Source: Carpediemonas membranifera BICM
Taxonomy: Eukaryota; Protista; Fornicata
DNA length: 64,000 nucleotides
Direction of reading: 5' to 3'
Assembly (NCBI GenBank): GCA_019828565.1
Contig: JAHDYR010000038.1
Location: 875,781-939,780, forward strand
The position numbers were made by a program, and so were the translations under genes. Positions 52,493 through 64,000 of the stretch are shown here, piece after piece (position 1 is the first letter of the stretch; the number at the start of each line of letters is the position of its first letter). The notes under the pieces were generated by a model. The model was not told the DNA's origin and searched no databases. It saw nothing but the letters and a program-made list of their open reading frames with translations.

Positions 52493-53185
52493 ATGGAGAA
52501 GTACCTTGTGCCACCGGAGTTGCGAAAATACATGGGAAACAAGCGTGGGCCCGTCCGTATCCCCCGAATTGAGCTCACGGCCGACACGGCCGTTGTCTAC
52601 GTCCTCCTGACGTTGTTCACGACGCTCGTGCCCATGCTCTTCTTCATCAAGCGCCCATCGCTGGATACTGTCCCCCTTGTGGTGCTGATCCACACCACGC
52701 TCGCGGCCCTCGTCACCTACTCGATCGATTCCGTCAACCTCGCGCAGAGCAAGGGCAGGCGCGGCTATGTCCTCCTCTGGGGCCTCTGCTTCGGATTCAT
52801 CGTGGTCTACGCCGTCTGTACGGCGACCAAGATGGCCTCCGTCACCCCGGACTTCTTCGCCCTCTGCGTCGTCGTCGGCGCCACTGTCACCATGCCGCTC
52901 GCCGCCCACCGCGGCCAGACCCTGCTGAGGCTCGTCAGGGGCGGCCTGAGGACGTATGCGGACATATCCATCGTCCTGCCCGCTTTGACTGCGCTGTCGT
53001 TTACGATGGGCTTCACGGTGCTGTCCCTCCTCGATCAGCACGGGCTAGTCAACACATGGCCGACCTCCCCCGCCCTGGCTTGCATGGTGGGGAAGGCGGT
53101 GGGGTGCGTGGCGGCCCTGGCGTTCATCGGCTTCAGGGTGGCCGCCGTCATGGTCAGGAGCCGGCATGCTCGGGTCAGGGAGTGA
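52493..53185 (+). CDS. Polytopic membrane protein, possibly PIG-F/Gpi11-like
   Basis: About 6 hydrophobic segments; LLDQHGLVNTWPTS resembles the PLDW...WP motif. Confidence 0.45.
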   Translation: MEKYLVPPELRKYMGNKRGPVRIPRIELTADTAVVYVLLTLFTTLVPMLFFIKRPSLDTVPLVVLIHTTLAALVTYSIDSVNLAQSKGRRGYVLLWGLCFGFIVVYAVCTATKMASVTPDFFALCVVVGATVTMPLAAHRGQTLLRLVRGGLRTYADISIVLPALTALSFTMGFTVLSLLDQHGLVNTWPTSPALACMVGKAVGCVAALAFIGFRVAAVMVRSRHARVRE

Positions 53186-53403
53186 GCGGTATAGACAGGG
53201 CTAGGCCCCGGACCGAGTGATAAATAGAGTTTTTATGATCCCAGATTAGTCTGCCGCCGCCCCAATAGGCCCCGGGCGCGATCAACCACGCAGCAGTGAC
53301 CAGCAGCAGCATGCAGGCGGTCAGACGGCGCCCGGGTGTGTCACAATCGGTCGCCAAATTGGGCTAGGCTGCACACTACAGCAAACTACCGAACCTCAAC
53401 TTC

Positions 53404-54585
53404 ATGTTTTCCCCGCGAAGCGGCAGGGAAACATGGCCACAATCAATGCAGAACGATGTCGTCGTGCATTTCATCACCTGGAACATGAACGGCGCTCTCC
53501 CACTGCAGCGCATGATCGACGGCCTGTTCGCTTCAATCAACTCATCTATCAACGTTGTAGTGTTCGCGACGCAGGAGAGTGTGAACTCCATCGAGCGCTC
53601 CATCCTGTTCCGGTCCAAGGACCAGTGGATCCGAGTCCTCACCACGGCACTCGGCGATGGTTGGACGCTCGTCGCACAACACGGCATGCAAGCCCTGCAC
53701 ATCGCTGTGTACGTCCGCGACGAGCTAGACGGCCGTGTAACATGCGTTCAGCCCGTCCACATCCCCACCGGCCCCGCGGGACTGGCTACGAAGGGGTGCG
53801 TCGCAGTGGGTCTCTGCATCAGCGGGACGCCCTTCATGTTCATGGGGTCCCACTTCACAGCGTTCCAAGAGCAGGTGGCGGCCCGCAACGCCGACTACAC
53901 CCGCACGTACAACGAGCTGCCTGTGACGCGGTGCCCCCACCAGATCGTGTCGACACGACGCACGCTCAGGGGCATCAACCCGCTCTCCCCAAACCAGGGC
54001 AGGCGGTCCAGCATTCTGGCGACGATCTCGCCCCTCCACTACCAGTACCAGGAGCAGGAGACGCCGCTCTCCCGCTTCGACAACATCATATGGGGCGGCG
54101 ACTTCAACTACCGGTGCAACGTCGATAGGGATGAGGCTGACGCCCTCATCGCCCACCGGGACTTGAAGGGCCTGCTCGATACAGACCAGCTGGCCGCCGC
54201 CCGGTTCGACGACGGTGTGTTTGAGGGCTTCGTGGAGCCCAAGATCGCGTTCCTCCCGACGTACAAGTTCGACAGCGGGTCTAACATCTACGACACCTCG
54301 TCCAAGCGCCGCATCCCGTCCTTCTGCGACCGCGTGCTGTTCCGGTCCCGGGCGAAGTACCGTCCGGTCGTCGAGGCGTACACGTCCCACCCAAACATAC
54401 TCTGGTCCGACCACAGGCCCGTCTCGCTCACACTCAGGCTCAGCCTCACACCAGAGGCCTCCGAGCCGGCTGTCGCCAGTCCGAGAGCAGTCCGCCGCAC
54501 GCCGAAGTCCGCCTGGGGGGAGCCCGAGGGCATCGTCGTCAGCCGGGAGATCCAGCGCAGGAGCACCGTATGCTGTGCCATGTGA
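53404..54585 (+). CDS. Inositol polyphosphate 5-phosphatase with C-terminal CaaX (INPP5E-like)
   Basis: TWNMNG, TKGCVAV, WGGDFNYR, PTYKFD, RIPSFCDRVL, SDHRPV; ends CCAM. Confidence 0.9.
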   Translation: MFSPRSGRETWPQSMQNDVVVHFITWNMNGALPLQRMIDGLFASINSSINVVVFATQESVNSIERSILFRSKDQWIRVLTTALGDGWTLVAQHGMQALHIAVYVRDELDGRVTCVQPVHIPTGPAGLATKGCVAVGLCISGTPFMFMGSHFTAFQEQVAARNADYTRTYNELPVTRCPHQIVSTRRTLRGINPLSPNQGRRSSILATISPLHYQYQEQETPLSRFDNIIWGGDFNYRCNVDRDEADALIAHRDLKGLLDTDQLAAARFDDGVFEGFVEPKIAFLPTYKFDSGSNIYDTSSKRRIPSFCDRVLFRSRAKYRPVVEAYTSHPNILWSDHRPVSLTLRLSLTPEASEPAVASPRAVRRTPKSAWGEPEGIVVSREIQRRSTVCCAM

Positions 54586-54809
54586 AGCGCGTAGGGTGAT
54601 GCCATGTAGAGGCCTGCCTGATGCCGGCCATAAACTATCGCAGCATTTATTGATCATCAGCGCATCATTTGATTTATATAGCCCATTATACTGCGGAGGG
54701 TTGTAGCTGTGTGGAACTGAGATACCTAGGCAAGGTCTTGCTTTGATTAACTGTGCACTTTATGTCATCAGTTTTGCAGGGTTCCTCTTGCGCCTCCAAT
54801 ACTTATCAA

Positions 54810-55417
54810 ATGGTCTTCAGCTTCACAAACTGGTTCCTCAACATGCTTTCCTACCTTGGGCTCTATAACAAGAAGGCCAAGCTGGTATGCTCCTTCTACC
54901 ATTACTCACATAGGTTTTCCTGGGCCTCGACAACGCAGGCAAGACCACCCTCCTTCATATGCTCAAGGACGGGAAGCTTGTGCAGCACCAGCCGACTCTG
55001 CATCCCACAAACGAGGAGATCCGCATGGGCAAGATCACCTTCTCTGCCTTCGACCTCGGAGGGCACAAGGAAGCCCGCCGTATCTGGCAGGACTACTATG
55101 CCAAGTGCGACGCCGTGATCTACATTGTTGACGCTGCTGACCACGAGCGCATGCAGGAGTCTGCCGATGCTCTTCGCGAGCTGCTTGAGTCCGAAGAACT
55201 GGCTGGCGTGCCCTTCGCCATCCTTGGCAACAAGATCGACCGGCCCGACGCCTGCTCCGAGCCCCAGTTTATGCAGATGATCAACATCCACACGACTGGC
55301 AAGCACGCGACCAAGGAGGAGCTCGGCACGACCCGCCCCATCGAGGTCTTCATGTGCTCTATCCTGCGCAAGACTGGCTATGCCGAGGGCTTCCGCTGGA
55401 TCGGGCAGTACCTCTAA
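54810..55417 (+). CDS. SAR1: Small GTPase Sar1, one 29-nt intron (54885-54913)
   Basis: KL|VFLGLDNAGKTT after splicing GTATGC...ACTCACATAG; PTLHPT, FDLGGH, GNKID. Confidence 0.97.
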
Positions 55418-55816
55418 GGTGATGGCCCGGCAGGGCGGCCTGCCATCGTCATGTGGCCATTTAGCGGGCGCATACTAAATTTTACCTTTTCTGCTTTGTG
55501 AACTTCGATTTATGACCTCTAATCGCATGCCCGGACACTAATGCTATTTCCGGTACCTCTCGAGCCGTCGACAATGACGAGAGACGGCGCAGCGGGGCGG
55601 GGGAGCTCCAAGCATGCCCGGGGTGGGGGCAGTTGGATCGGACTAGATATGGCCGATATTCACCGTATCGCATTGGTTCCCAGAAACGGCATGGGCGGCC
55701 AATATTGGCGACGGGGGAAGTCCGACGACGTTTCTTTAGCGCTCTTAGTAGGGCATTACTGCGCTAGATCACGAAAACCAGTGGAAACGATCGTCACGCC
55801 TCCGCTCACCGGCTCC

Positions 55817-57157
55817 ATGTCGCTATTGCCCTTGATCTCGTCGAACTCAAGCGCAAAGTCGTCACAAAGCTTTGATCAATCATCACACAGCTATGAAGAA
55901 AGTCCCTCGCTTGTGCGCCAGGCCTCCACGGTCTCCATGCGCTCGTCCGACACTGCCTCGACAGGTGCTGAGTTCCCCGGCCACAGTCTGCGGCGGCGAG
56001 TGGCCGAGGACCCCATAGATACCGCATACATGGGCACGATCGACCTGCTGATCGTCCGCCTGGAGTACAGTCGGGCTAAGTGCCCGGCGCGCATCGACAC
56101 GAAGGCCATCGTCGGGCTCAACTCCATCAAGCGGACGGCCGAGCTCAGGATCAGGGCGACCCTGGAGAACCTGGTTACACAGATGCGGAGGGGCGACGAG
56201 ACAGCCAAGGCGCGGCTGCTGGAGCTGAGGCCGCTGGAGGGGTTCCTCGAGGCCTACTGCCAGGATGACGCCGTCCGCCACCACTACGCGACGCTCACTG
56301 GCCACCACATCAGCGCCGCGGTCAAGCGGGCCTTTGCGAAGGGCACCCCCGCCCCCGCCTCCACCCCCGCCCCCGCCACCCTCGGGACGCCCGCTCCCTG
56401 CACACCCGACGACTTCTCCCTCGGCCCCGCCGCCCGCTACGTCCGCCTGTTCGGGGCCCCAGAGGCGTTGTGCTCGTCTGTCGGCGCTGTCCCCCCGTCC
56501 TTCGCGCTGGGCTGGGTGGTCGTGCTTCACCGCTGGGCCGCCCTTGTCCGCGCCGAGGCCCCTTTCGTCGCGAACTTCTTCCTCGACTCAGCCGACTCGG
56601 TGTTCTCCGAGATGCTCCCTGCCGCCGCCCGCGTGCTCCAGGGCCGTCTCAGCCGCTGGGTCCACGGGTCGACCGATGCCGCGGCCGTTCTTGCCGTATA
56701 TGCTGGGGTGCATGCCGTTCGGGCCCTCCTGGCGGCATCCGACGTGGGCGGTGCCGACCGTGTGCTGCAGGCCATGGCCCAGTCCTGCTGGGACAGGTTC
56801 GAGGTGCTCTTGGGCCGCCACATCTCCTCTCTCGCGCAGCAATCGCCCAACTCTGATAGAGAGAGAATCATCGCCGTCGCCGCACAGTATGCCGCTCTCC
56901 AGCGGACCCAGTTGACGTGCCAGCTGGTCTGCCGCAGCGCAGCCCTCTCCGCCGCAGTGGCCATGCTCCGAGACGCAGCTTGTGTGTTCCTGACCAGCTG
57001 TGGGAAAGCCTTCACCGACCCCGCCGACCGGGCCGGGGCCTTGTCCGCGGCACATGAGGCCGTGGTTGCGGAGGTGGACGACATCACGCCCATCGAGGAC
57101 GTGGCGCAGCTGGTAGCGTACCATCTCGCGTTGCGGGATCAGCAACTTGTATTGTAG
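55817..57157 (+). CDS. Vps52/Sac2-like GARP subunit
   Basis: FSLG, EAPFVANFF, TDAAAVL, WDRFEVLLGRHISSL and QYAAL resemble Vps52 blocks; start uncertain. Confidence 0.55.
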   Translation: MSLLPLISSNSSAKSSQSFDQSSHSYEESPSLVRQASTVSMRSSDTASTGAEFPGHSLRRRVAEDPIDTAYMGTIDLLIVRLEYSRAKCPARIDTKAIVGLNSIKRTAELRIRATLENLVTQMRRGDETAKARLLELRPLEGFLEAYCQDDAVRHHYATLTGHHISAAVKRAFAKGTPAPASTPAPATLGTPAPCTPDDFSLGPAARYVRLFGAPEALCSSVGAVPPSFALGWVVVLHRWAALVRAEAPFVANFFLDSADSVFSEMLPAAARVLQGRLSRWVHGSTDAAAVLAVYAGVHAVRALLAASDVGGADRVLQAMAQSCWDRFEVLLGRHISSLAQQSPNSDRERIIAVAAQYAALQRTQLTCQLVCRSAALSAAVAMLRDAACVFLTSCGKAFTDPADRAGALSAAHEAVVAEVDDITPIEDVAQLVAYHLALRDQQLVL

Positions 57158-57199
57158 CACTCATTAGTAAATTCCTCAGGTTCATAGGTCAGCCGGCCT

Positions 57200-60100
57200 C
57201 GTAGCAGGTCGATCAGCCACGGGATAGGGCAATTCTGGTGAGTTCTGCAGCCATATTCATGTTCACAGCGGCCATTTAATACCTTATATTACCCATGGTT
57301 CCGGTTTGGCGCTCTGCTGCTGCCCCATCCGCGGGCATCATGCTGGTCTGGCCTCCAAGCTCTCCAACCATCCAGGCCGAAATGAGACCTCTTGCGCCCC
57401 TTTTAGCCCGTATAGACTCGTTTGGACAGGCTGCTGGTTCCCTGGTGGCCATGGCCGACCGAGTCGATTTTCAGCGAATTGGGTCGCAGAGCTCGAGCGA
57501 TGGTTTGAAGGTGTTGGTGAGGTCATCAGAATCGCGTGAAAGCGAAGCAATGAGGCTAATATGACTTTAATAATGCTGCTTTGTGGTTCAAGCGCTTGAA
57601 GACATCTCACTGTGCCACTTTCGGCGATGACACCGAGAACCCGCTATACTCAGAAGTACTGCAAGCACAGCCCTCGTGATATGTCTTCTAGTATCACTAT
57701 ACGCTCTCTGTTAGCTTGTTCATCTATGTAGCTCTCCCCAAGGGTAGAAATTTGGCCCAGGAGTTCCATCCGGAGCACACCCCAGCCACGCCGCCCTGGA
57801 GCACCTCTCGGCACGCCATATGACAGTATGAGGATCATCTAACACATTGCTACCTTTATAGGTACTGTACCTCCCGCGGTGCCCCCGTCCTCCGGTGCCG
57901 GCCCGCACCATGCCCATGCACGGCCCCAGCCCCGGCACCAACTGCCGATCCCAGCTGTACTAAGCAACATCAAGGTCTGGGGCAATTTTCGTGCTGTCTC
58001 CCCGTGACGGATTTTAATCACTACTTGTCTGGCGTCATGGCTAGTCGGAGAAAGCTGAGAGCAACTATAATCTTTTTGCCAGCGCAAACCTTTTTGGCAG
58101 ACGGCGCTGGGTCCTTTTACGCCGTCTACGGGCTTGTCTCAGTCCCAATCGTCAGTACTGAGGTGGGAGACCACTCGGGAATACGGGATGTCGTAGACTT
58201 TTGCCTTTTGCGCCCGTTCATCGCCCACACTATGCGCCATCGTGTTCAGCGCCCTTCATTGCATACCTGTAGCCGTTCTCTCTGCCATTCTTTCATTCGT
58301 TCAGTCAGCCAGCCGTCAGTCAGCCCAACCCGCCCCCAGCCCGTCCGAACGCCGGGAGAGAGGGAAGGAGAGGAGAGGAGAAGAGAGGGGGGAAAGAAAG
58401 AAAGACTAGCCCACCATCCCGGCATGTATACCGGGCCCCGCCCCCTGTAATATGTAAATCGAATACCAATTTGGGCAGAACTCGGGCTACAGGCCGAATT
58501 GGGTCCTAAAACTGCGGGAGCATGCTTATCTAACCGCGTAAAACACCCTGGCGCAGCGCGGGAGCTCAACTACCCCTCCTTCGTGAGATACGTCGATTCC
58601 AAGGTTGAGCCGACCAAATTCCCGAGTAGCGCAGCTGCGAGGGCGGAGCCTGGGGCAGTCGACGCGGGGGAGGGGAAGGACCAAGCGTGTGCAAGGGCAG
58701 GCCGGGAGGCCGGCCCTTTGGCACACAGCAAAATCGGTCTGGGTCGGTCAGACCCCATGTCATCCCAGACTCCATCACTCAAAATGGTGCGTGCATGCAT
58801 GCTTTAGAGCCCATTCCGAAGCTATATCGACCATCAATTTGGTTGGTGACATGTTCACCTGACTTTCGAAATCCTCCCGAGACTGCGGGTCCGAAGCTGA
58901 GCGATGCCGTCACCTCGACTACTACCATCGAATCGCTGTCGCTCTGCCATAATGCTTGTATAGCCCTCTAACATCTGGATCCGGGCCATTACCAGCGGGC
59001 GCACACTGGAAGTATGCGTTTGGAGTCGGCCCAAACTTCGATTTCGACCGACATCGAACATGACGAGTAGAGGTCGGAGATGGCTGAAACTCACACCATT
59101 GCACTATAAGAGAAGCTCATACAGGATGGCTGACCCATATTTATTTTTTAAACTCCCAACCTTAATTTCTGGAGTCGTCGAAAATGACGACTCAGTTTGA
59201 CTCAATACACCCTCAGCCTGCACCCACTGGCGTAACTACAGCTACTAGGCCTGGATAGAGTGCGATTGCCCCACTAACAGCTTTGAACTCAGTGTCAGCC
59301 GTGATCGCGGTGGCGACGCTGAGCACCGAGTTCGGCACCACTGAATTCGGATGACACCCAGCCAGAGACTGTAAGTGGGGCAATAGCCTTAGATACGTCT
59401 AAAACTAGGATGGACGTGGGCTGGGTGCACACTGACACTCCAGCGGCTCTAGGCGAAAAGTGAATTTCGACCGACTCGACTTGACTCCATCAGACCTCAG
59501 ACCTCGGATCTGACCATAACGCCGCCATCTAGGGCCATATAGAGTGCATTTGCCCAGGAGCCAGGCCTGAACTCGATGGTCAGTTTCACCCGGTTCAGCG
59601 GCCCGGAGCCTTCGGACAGCCACTTTCGGAATTCAGTTGGGACGTCGTAGAGGGCTGAAAGTGGGGCAATAGACTTGGATTGGGCTAAACACTGGGATGT
59701 TAGTGGACTGAGTGAATACTGACACTTGGGCGGGTCACTTTTGAGATGGTCGAAATCCGTGCTCCAGTCAAGACCTTTGAGGTGTGGGAGCGCGGGACAC
59801 GCAGTGAATCCATGCTCTAGAGCCAGTATTAGGACTATCTGTGCACTTGCTCGTGTCTGGCATCTCTACTGACCGATTTCTGGAAGCGCCAGGCTGACTT
59901 CAGTTTGACTGAATCAAAGTGTCCGCTGACACAACCAGTACCACCAACCCAATTAGTAAGCTTAGTTAGAGCGATGGTGGCACTTTAAGCCATCTAGAAT
60001 GTCTACAGCGTTCACACGGTCGCGATCAAGGTCGATTTTGGTCCCGCCAAGAGCGATCTCCAACGACGGGCAGATGCGAGCTGGAGCCAAACCAATGGCA

Positions 60101-61388
60101 AAACACAACACTATAGGACATAGAAAGACGTATGGTACACACGCTACCCAATACAGATGCTTTCTTTAATTATCTTTGATCGCGTCAAGTGACAGGCAAG
60201 CACCATCCAGTCTGGCCGCCAGGAATAAACCTGAGGCTAGCCACTCTACCATGCATCCTTATACCTATAGTAGTTATGTGATCGGCAATTGGCACGGTTC
60301 TAAAAAGCCTCCTTGGGGGGTCGACCTCGCGGATCCCAACTTTGAGCGACCTCAGCTCACCCAATAAGCAAGCGATAGAGCTGTCTCTGCACCCATTACT
60401 AGAGCTATATAAGCCCTCTAGGATGGGTGAGACAACGGTTGCCAGCTCCAGGTCTGCCTGAGTTATTCAAAGAAAAGACATTTTTTCAGTCTTCCTTGGT
60501 CAACAAGGACCTCAGCCCACCAACCACCATTACTATAAAGCGTAGTTATGTACCAGACGGGGCTTGTTTCAATCCCGAATCACTGGCTGCACTTCCCCGG
60601 CCGCTGAGCTCGATGGCAGTTTTAGGTCGCTCCGAGGGGGCAACGACTCGACTAGTTCTAGTCGGAGGTGGTAGCTGAGAGTTCCTGAGGATCATTTCTA
60701 GCTAAAACTACGGGGGGGAGGTCCGAGTCACTTTTTTGACCAGCGTTGACTATGCCCGGAAAAGGCACTTAAATTAAAAATTGTGCCTCGGCAATATCAC
60801 AGTCCTCTTTTTCACCCCAACATTGCTCCCGAATCGGCAATGGGGCACCTCCCAGCTCCCCCGTGAGCATGCGTACTCGATCAAACTGGAGTTTTCAAAA
60901 ATTCCGCGTTGGTACCTATGAGAGAGGTAGTTAGTAAACTGAAGTAGCGAAAGTGAAAAACAGCGAAAAGCTCTCTCATGCTTAGGGTTCCGAAAGGAAT
61001 TCTGAGAGACCCACTTTCCGAATGGAAAGGTTCGTAGCGAAAGTTACGGACTGACTGTAAGGAATGGTTCGTAAGACGACCGTCGACAAACGGGCGCGCT
61101 GAACGCGGGTTGGTTGCATTGCTAGCTAGTAGCGTTGCTATTAGCAAGAAACAGGACGGAAAGCGCCGAGCGAAAGCTCAATGCGAACCGTCTTGGGGTG
61201 GTTTTCGGCGGACATCGTTCGTCGGAAGCTTCCAGCACGTTGAGAAACGTACCTTCACGAAACATGGTCGGCTTGCCGGCGATGGAAACGCTAGAAAACG
61301 TTCGTAGCACGCGTAATGGACGGCCTTGAGGCCTTCGCAGCGTGCATGTCGTAATTCGCTGTTCGCAAACAGTGTCGGCACAGATCGT
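57200..61388. other. Non-coding region upstream of rDNA (intergenic spacer and 5' ETS)
   Basis: No credible ORF; degenerate subrepeats; dense hairpins in the last 500 nt before 18S. Confidence 0.65.
59373..59726. repeat. Degenerate spacer subrepeats, about 67 bp (59373-59439 and 59659-59726), with an inverted relative near 59205-59280
   Basis: AAGTGGGGCAATAG...ACTGACACT is shared by both direct copies. Confidence 0.7.
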
Positions 61389-62478
61389 CATCTGGTTGAT
61401 CCTGCCAGTTGTCATATGCTTGTCTCAAAGATTAAGCCATGCAAGTGAACTAAGTATGAGACTCTATACGTCGAAACTGCGGACAGCTGGGCAATCAGTT
61501 GGAATCTCCGTGGCCATCCCTACTCCGAAGTGGATAACATCGGAAAAGCTGATGCTAATACGTGCTGTAAACGAGGGCAACCTCGGCACTTATTAGATTA
61601 AGCCTCCCGCCTTCGGGCGTTTGGTGAATCATAATAATTCAGCGGATCGCACGCCTTGAGCGGCGACGGGCCACTCGACCTTCTGCTCTATCAAGTACCG
61701 TTGGTAGGATCGGGGCCTACCAAGCTTGTGACGGATACGGGGTTTTAGGGAACGACTCCGAAGAGAAAGCATGGGATTCAGCTTTCATTTCCAAGGAAAG
61801 CAGCAGGCGCGCAAATTACCCAATGCCCACAGGGCGAGGTAGTGACAAGAAATATCGATGCGTGGCTTTTCAGTCATGCAATCGAAATGAGTACAATCTA
61901 AAAACCTTAACGAGGAGCTACAGGAGGGAAAGTCTGGTGCCAGCAGCCGCGGTAATTCCAGCTCCTGAAGCGTATGCAAATGCTGCTGCAGTTAAAAAGC
62001 TCGTAGCCGGAACTCGGCGTAGCTTCAGGGTTCCCCAACATTGTTGGGGTGACCCTTAGGGCTGCGCTTATGCACGCGGAACTACGGGCCCATTCATTTG
62101 GGTTCGCAGGAAAACGTGCCGTTTACCATGAGTAAATGGGAGTGTTCAAAGCAGGCGTAAGCCTGAACTTTTCAGCATGGGATAATAGAATAAGACTGCG
62201 TCTTATTTCGTTGGTTTGCAGGACAGCAGTAATGATTAATAGGAGTGAATGGGGCGATTTGTATTCCTTGGGGAGCGGTGAAATGCGCAGATCCAAGGAG
62301 GACATCCGGAAGCGAAAGCGTTTCGCAAGTTCATTTCCATTGGTCAAGAACGAAAGCTGGAGGATGGAAGGAGATTAGACACCTCTGTACTTCCAGCCGT
62401 AAACGATTCGGACTCGGGATCGGTGAGCGAGTCTTTTCCCCATCGGTATCGTAACAGAAATGAAAGTTTTTGCGTTCT

Positions 62479-62525
<47 letters not shown>

Positions 62526-63155
62526 AACACACAAGAAGTGGATACTGCGGTTCAATTTGACTCAACACGGGGAACCTCACGCGTCCAAGACACAGGTAGG
62601 ATTGACAGATTGAAAGCTCTTTCTTGATTCTGTGGAGAGTGGTGCATGGCCGTTCTTAGTTCGTGGAGTGATTTGTCTGCTTGATTGCGATAACGAACGA
62701 GACCTCCGCCTGCTAAATAGCGCTGCGAATCACGTATTCGTAGACGCTTCTTAGAGGGACAACCACCGCAAGGTGGGGGAAGCTGGAGGCAATAACAGGT
62801 CTGTTATGCCCTTAGATGGATGCGGCCACACGCGTTATACATTGAAGGAGTGAATGAGTAGAACCTGGCTCGGAAGGGTTGGGTAATCTTGGAAACTTCT
62901 TCGTACTGGGGATTGCTGCTTGAAATTTTTCAGCATGAACGAGGAATTCCTAGTAACTGTACGTCATCAACGTACGGTGATTACGTCCCTGTTCTTTGTA
63001 CACACCGCCCGTCGCTCGATCCGATTGGATGTAATGTCGAGTTTGACAGATGTGCAGGGCTCACGCCCCGCGCAGAAGTTACGCAAGATTTTGCATCTAG
63101 AGGAACGAGAAGTCGTAACAAGGTAGCCGTAGGAGAACCTGCGGCTGGATCATTA
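61389..63155 (+). rRNA. 18S rRNA
   Basis: CTGGTTGATCCTGCCAG start, GTGCCAGCAGCCGCGGTAA, AAACTTAAAGGAATTGACGG, GTACACACCGCCCGTC, GGATCATTA end. Confidence 0.98.
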
Positions 63156-63262
63156 CCATACAGGGCTTGCCCTGGATACCTTCGCGAAACACCTCGGCTT
63201 CGGCCGTTGTAACTAACACTCACAACAACCAGTGCGCCCGGGAAACCGGACGCGTAACGATA

Positions 63263-63415
63263 CAACTTTCAGCGGGGGATGCCTCGGCTGGTGCGTCGAT
63301 GAAGAGCGCAGCAAAACGCGAAATGTCATGCGAACTGCAAATACGCGAGAACATCGAATCCTCGAACGCATATTGCGCCTGCGGGAAACCGGCAGGCAGG
63401 GCTGTTTCAGCGTCA
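63263..63415 (+). rRNA. 5.8S rRNA
   Basis: CAACTTTCAGCGG...GTCGATGAAGAGCGCAGC...TCGAACGCA; flanked by ITS1 and ITS2 of about 110 nt each. Confidence 0.93.
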
Positions 63416-63528
63416 ATTGATACATGACAGCGAAAGCTGTTGGATGCGATTAGCATGCTAGTCGTCAAATACATTGCGGAACTGCGCAGACGGTGTTTCA
63501 TTGTCTGGTAGACTGCCGTACATTCCAA

Positions 63529-64000
63529 TTTGACCTGAAATCAGGCCAGGGTACCCACTGGATTTAAGCATATTAATAAGTGGAGGAAAAGAAACTAACT
63601 AGGATTCCCTTAGTAGCGGCGAGCGAACAGGGAAGAGCTCATCCTTTTAGGCTCACGCGTTGTACGCGTGCGCGATGCGGGGTGCGGAGCGGTTTCCTCA
63701 GGCCGTCCTGGCATAAGTGGACTGGAAAGTCCCGCCAGAGAAGGTGATAGCCCTGTGTGCTGTCAAGGACTGGACTGAATATGGGACCGTTTCTACGAGT
63801 CGGGTTGCTTGGGATCGCAGCCTTAATGGGTGGTAAACTTCATCCAAAGCTAAATACTGTGCACCAGACCGATAGCGAACAAGTACTGTGAAGGAAAGGT
63901 GAAAAGGATTTTGAAAAGAAAGTCAAATAGAACCTGAAACCGCTGGAAGGATAACGCTAAGTTCGTGCGTCAACATCAACGTCACTTGTGGCGTTGTTGA
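63529..64000 (+). rRNA. 28S rRNA, 5' part (truncated by window)
   Basis: GACCTGAAATCAGG, TTAAGCATAT, GGAGGAAAAGAAACTAAC, ACCGATAGCGAACAAGTAC. Confidence 0.97.

Noticed and set aside
57200-60900. tRNA or 5S rRNA genes in the spacer
   Set aside because: No convincing cloverleaf, T-loop or 5S signature seen by eye; tRNAscan/Rfam would be needed to exclude them.
61389-64000. Short ORFs in rDNA and possible group I introns
   Set aside because: The ORFs are incidental; the 18S length (about 1.77 kb) and continuous conserved blocks leave no room for an intron.

Overview
Gene-dense eukaryotic DNA from a flagellated protist, most likely a free-living fornicate/metamonad such as Carpediemonas. This is inferred from the SF-assemblin/beta-giardin gene, 28-38 nt spliceosomal introns, bacterial-type PepT and phosphohexomutase, and a divergent 18S. 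The window holds about 25 host genes (IFT172, EMG1, NAF1, APC5-like, SEC24, PCNA, SAR1, a VEFS-box protein, INPP5E-like, VPS52-like and others) and ends in an rDNA unit (spacer, 18S, 5.8S, start of 28S). There are five mobile elements. (1) A chromodomain Ty3/Gypsy element with an antisense, intron-containing chromodomain-like cargo gene. (2) A 7.1 kb LINE inserted into it (15-bp TSD), whose polyprotein reads OTU protease - 17-aa repeats - Maelstrom-like DEDDh/EHHCHC nuclease - APE - RT. (3) A complete 4.6 kb Gypsy with identical 92-bp LTRs and a non-canonical PBS. (4,5) Two Fanzor/TnpB-family RNA-guided nuclease loci. Each sits between 30-43 bp TG...CA direct repeats with a polypurine tract and a candidate 5-bp TSD, lies antisense to the retro-strand, and has a conserved two-hairpin UNCG RNA structure (omega-RNA candidate) at its 3' end. 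One mini-LTR is 31/32 identical to the end of the autonomous Gypsy LTR in this window. The main candidate new system is therefore a non-autonomous mini-LTR retroelement carrying Fanzor plus omega-RNA and mobilised by a Gypsy helper; the Maelstrom/OTU LINE is the second. Many frameshifts in the elements fall in homopolymers and may be assembly errors. All domain calls are by motif recognition only; no searches were run.
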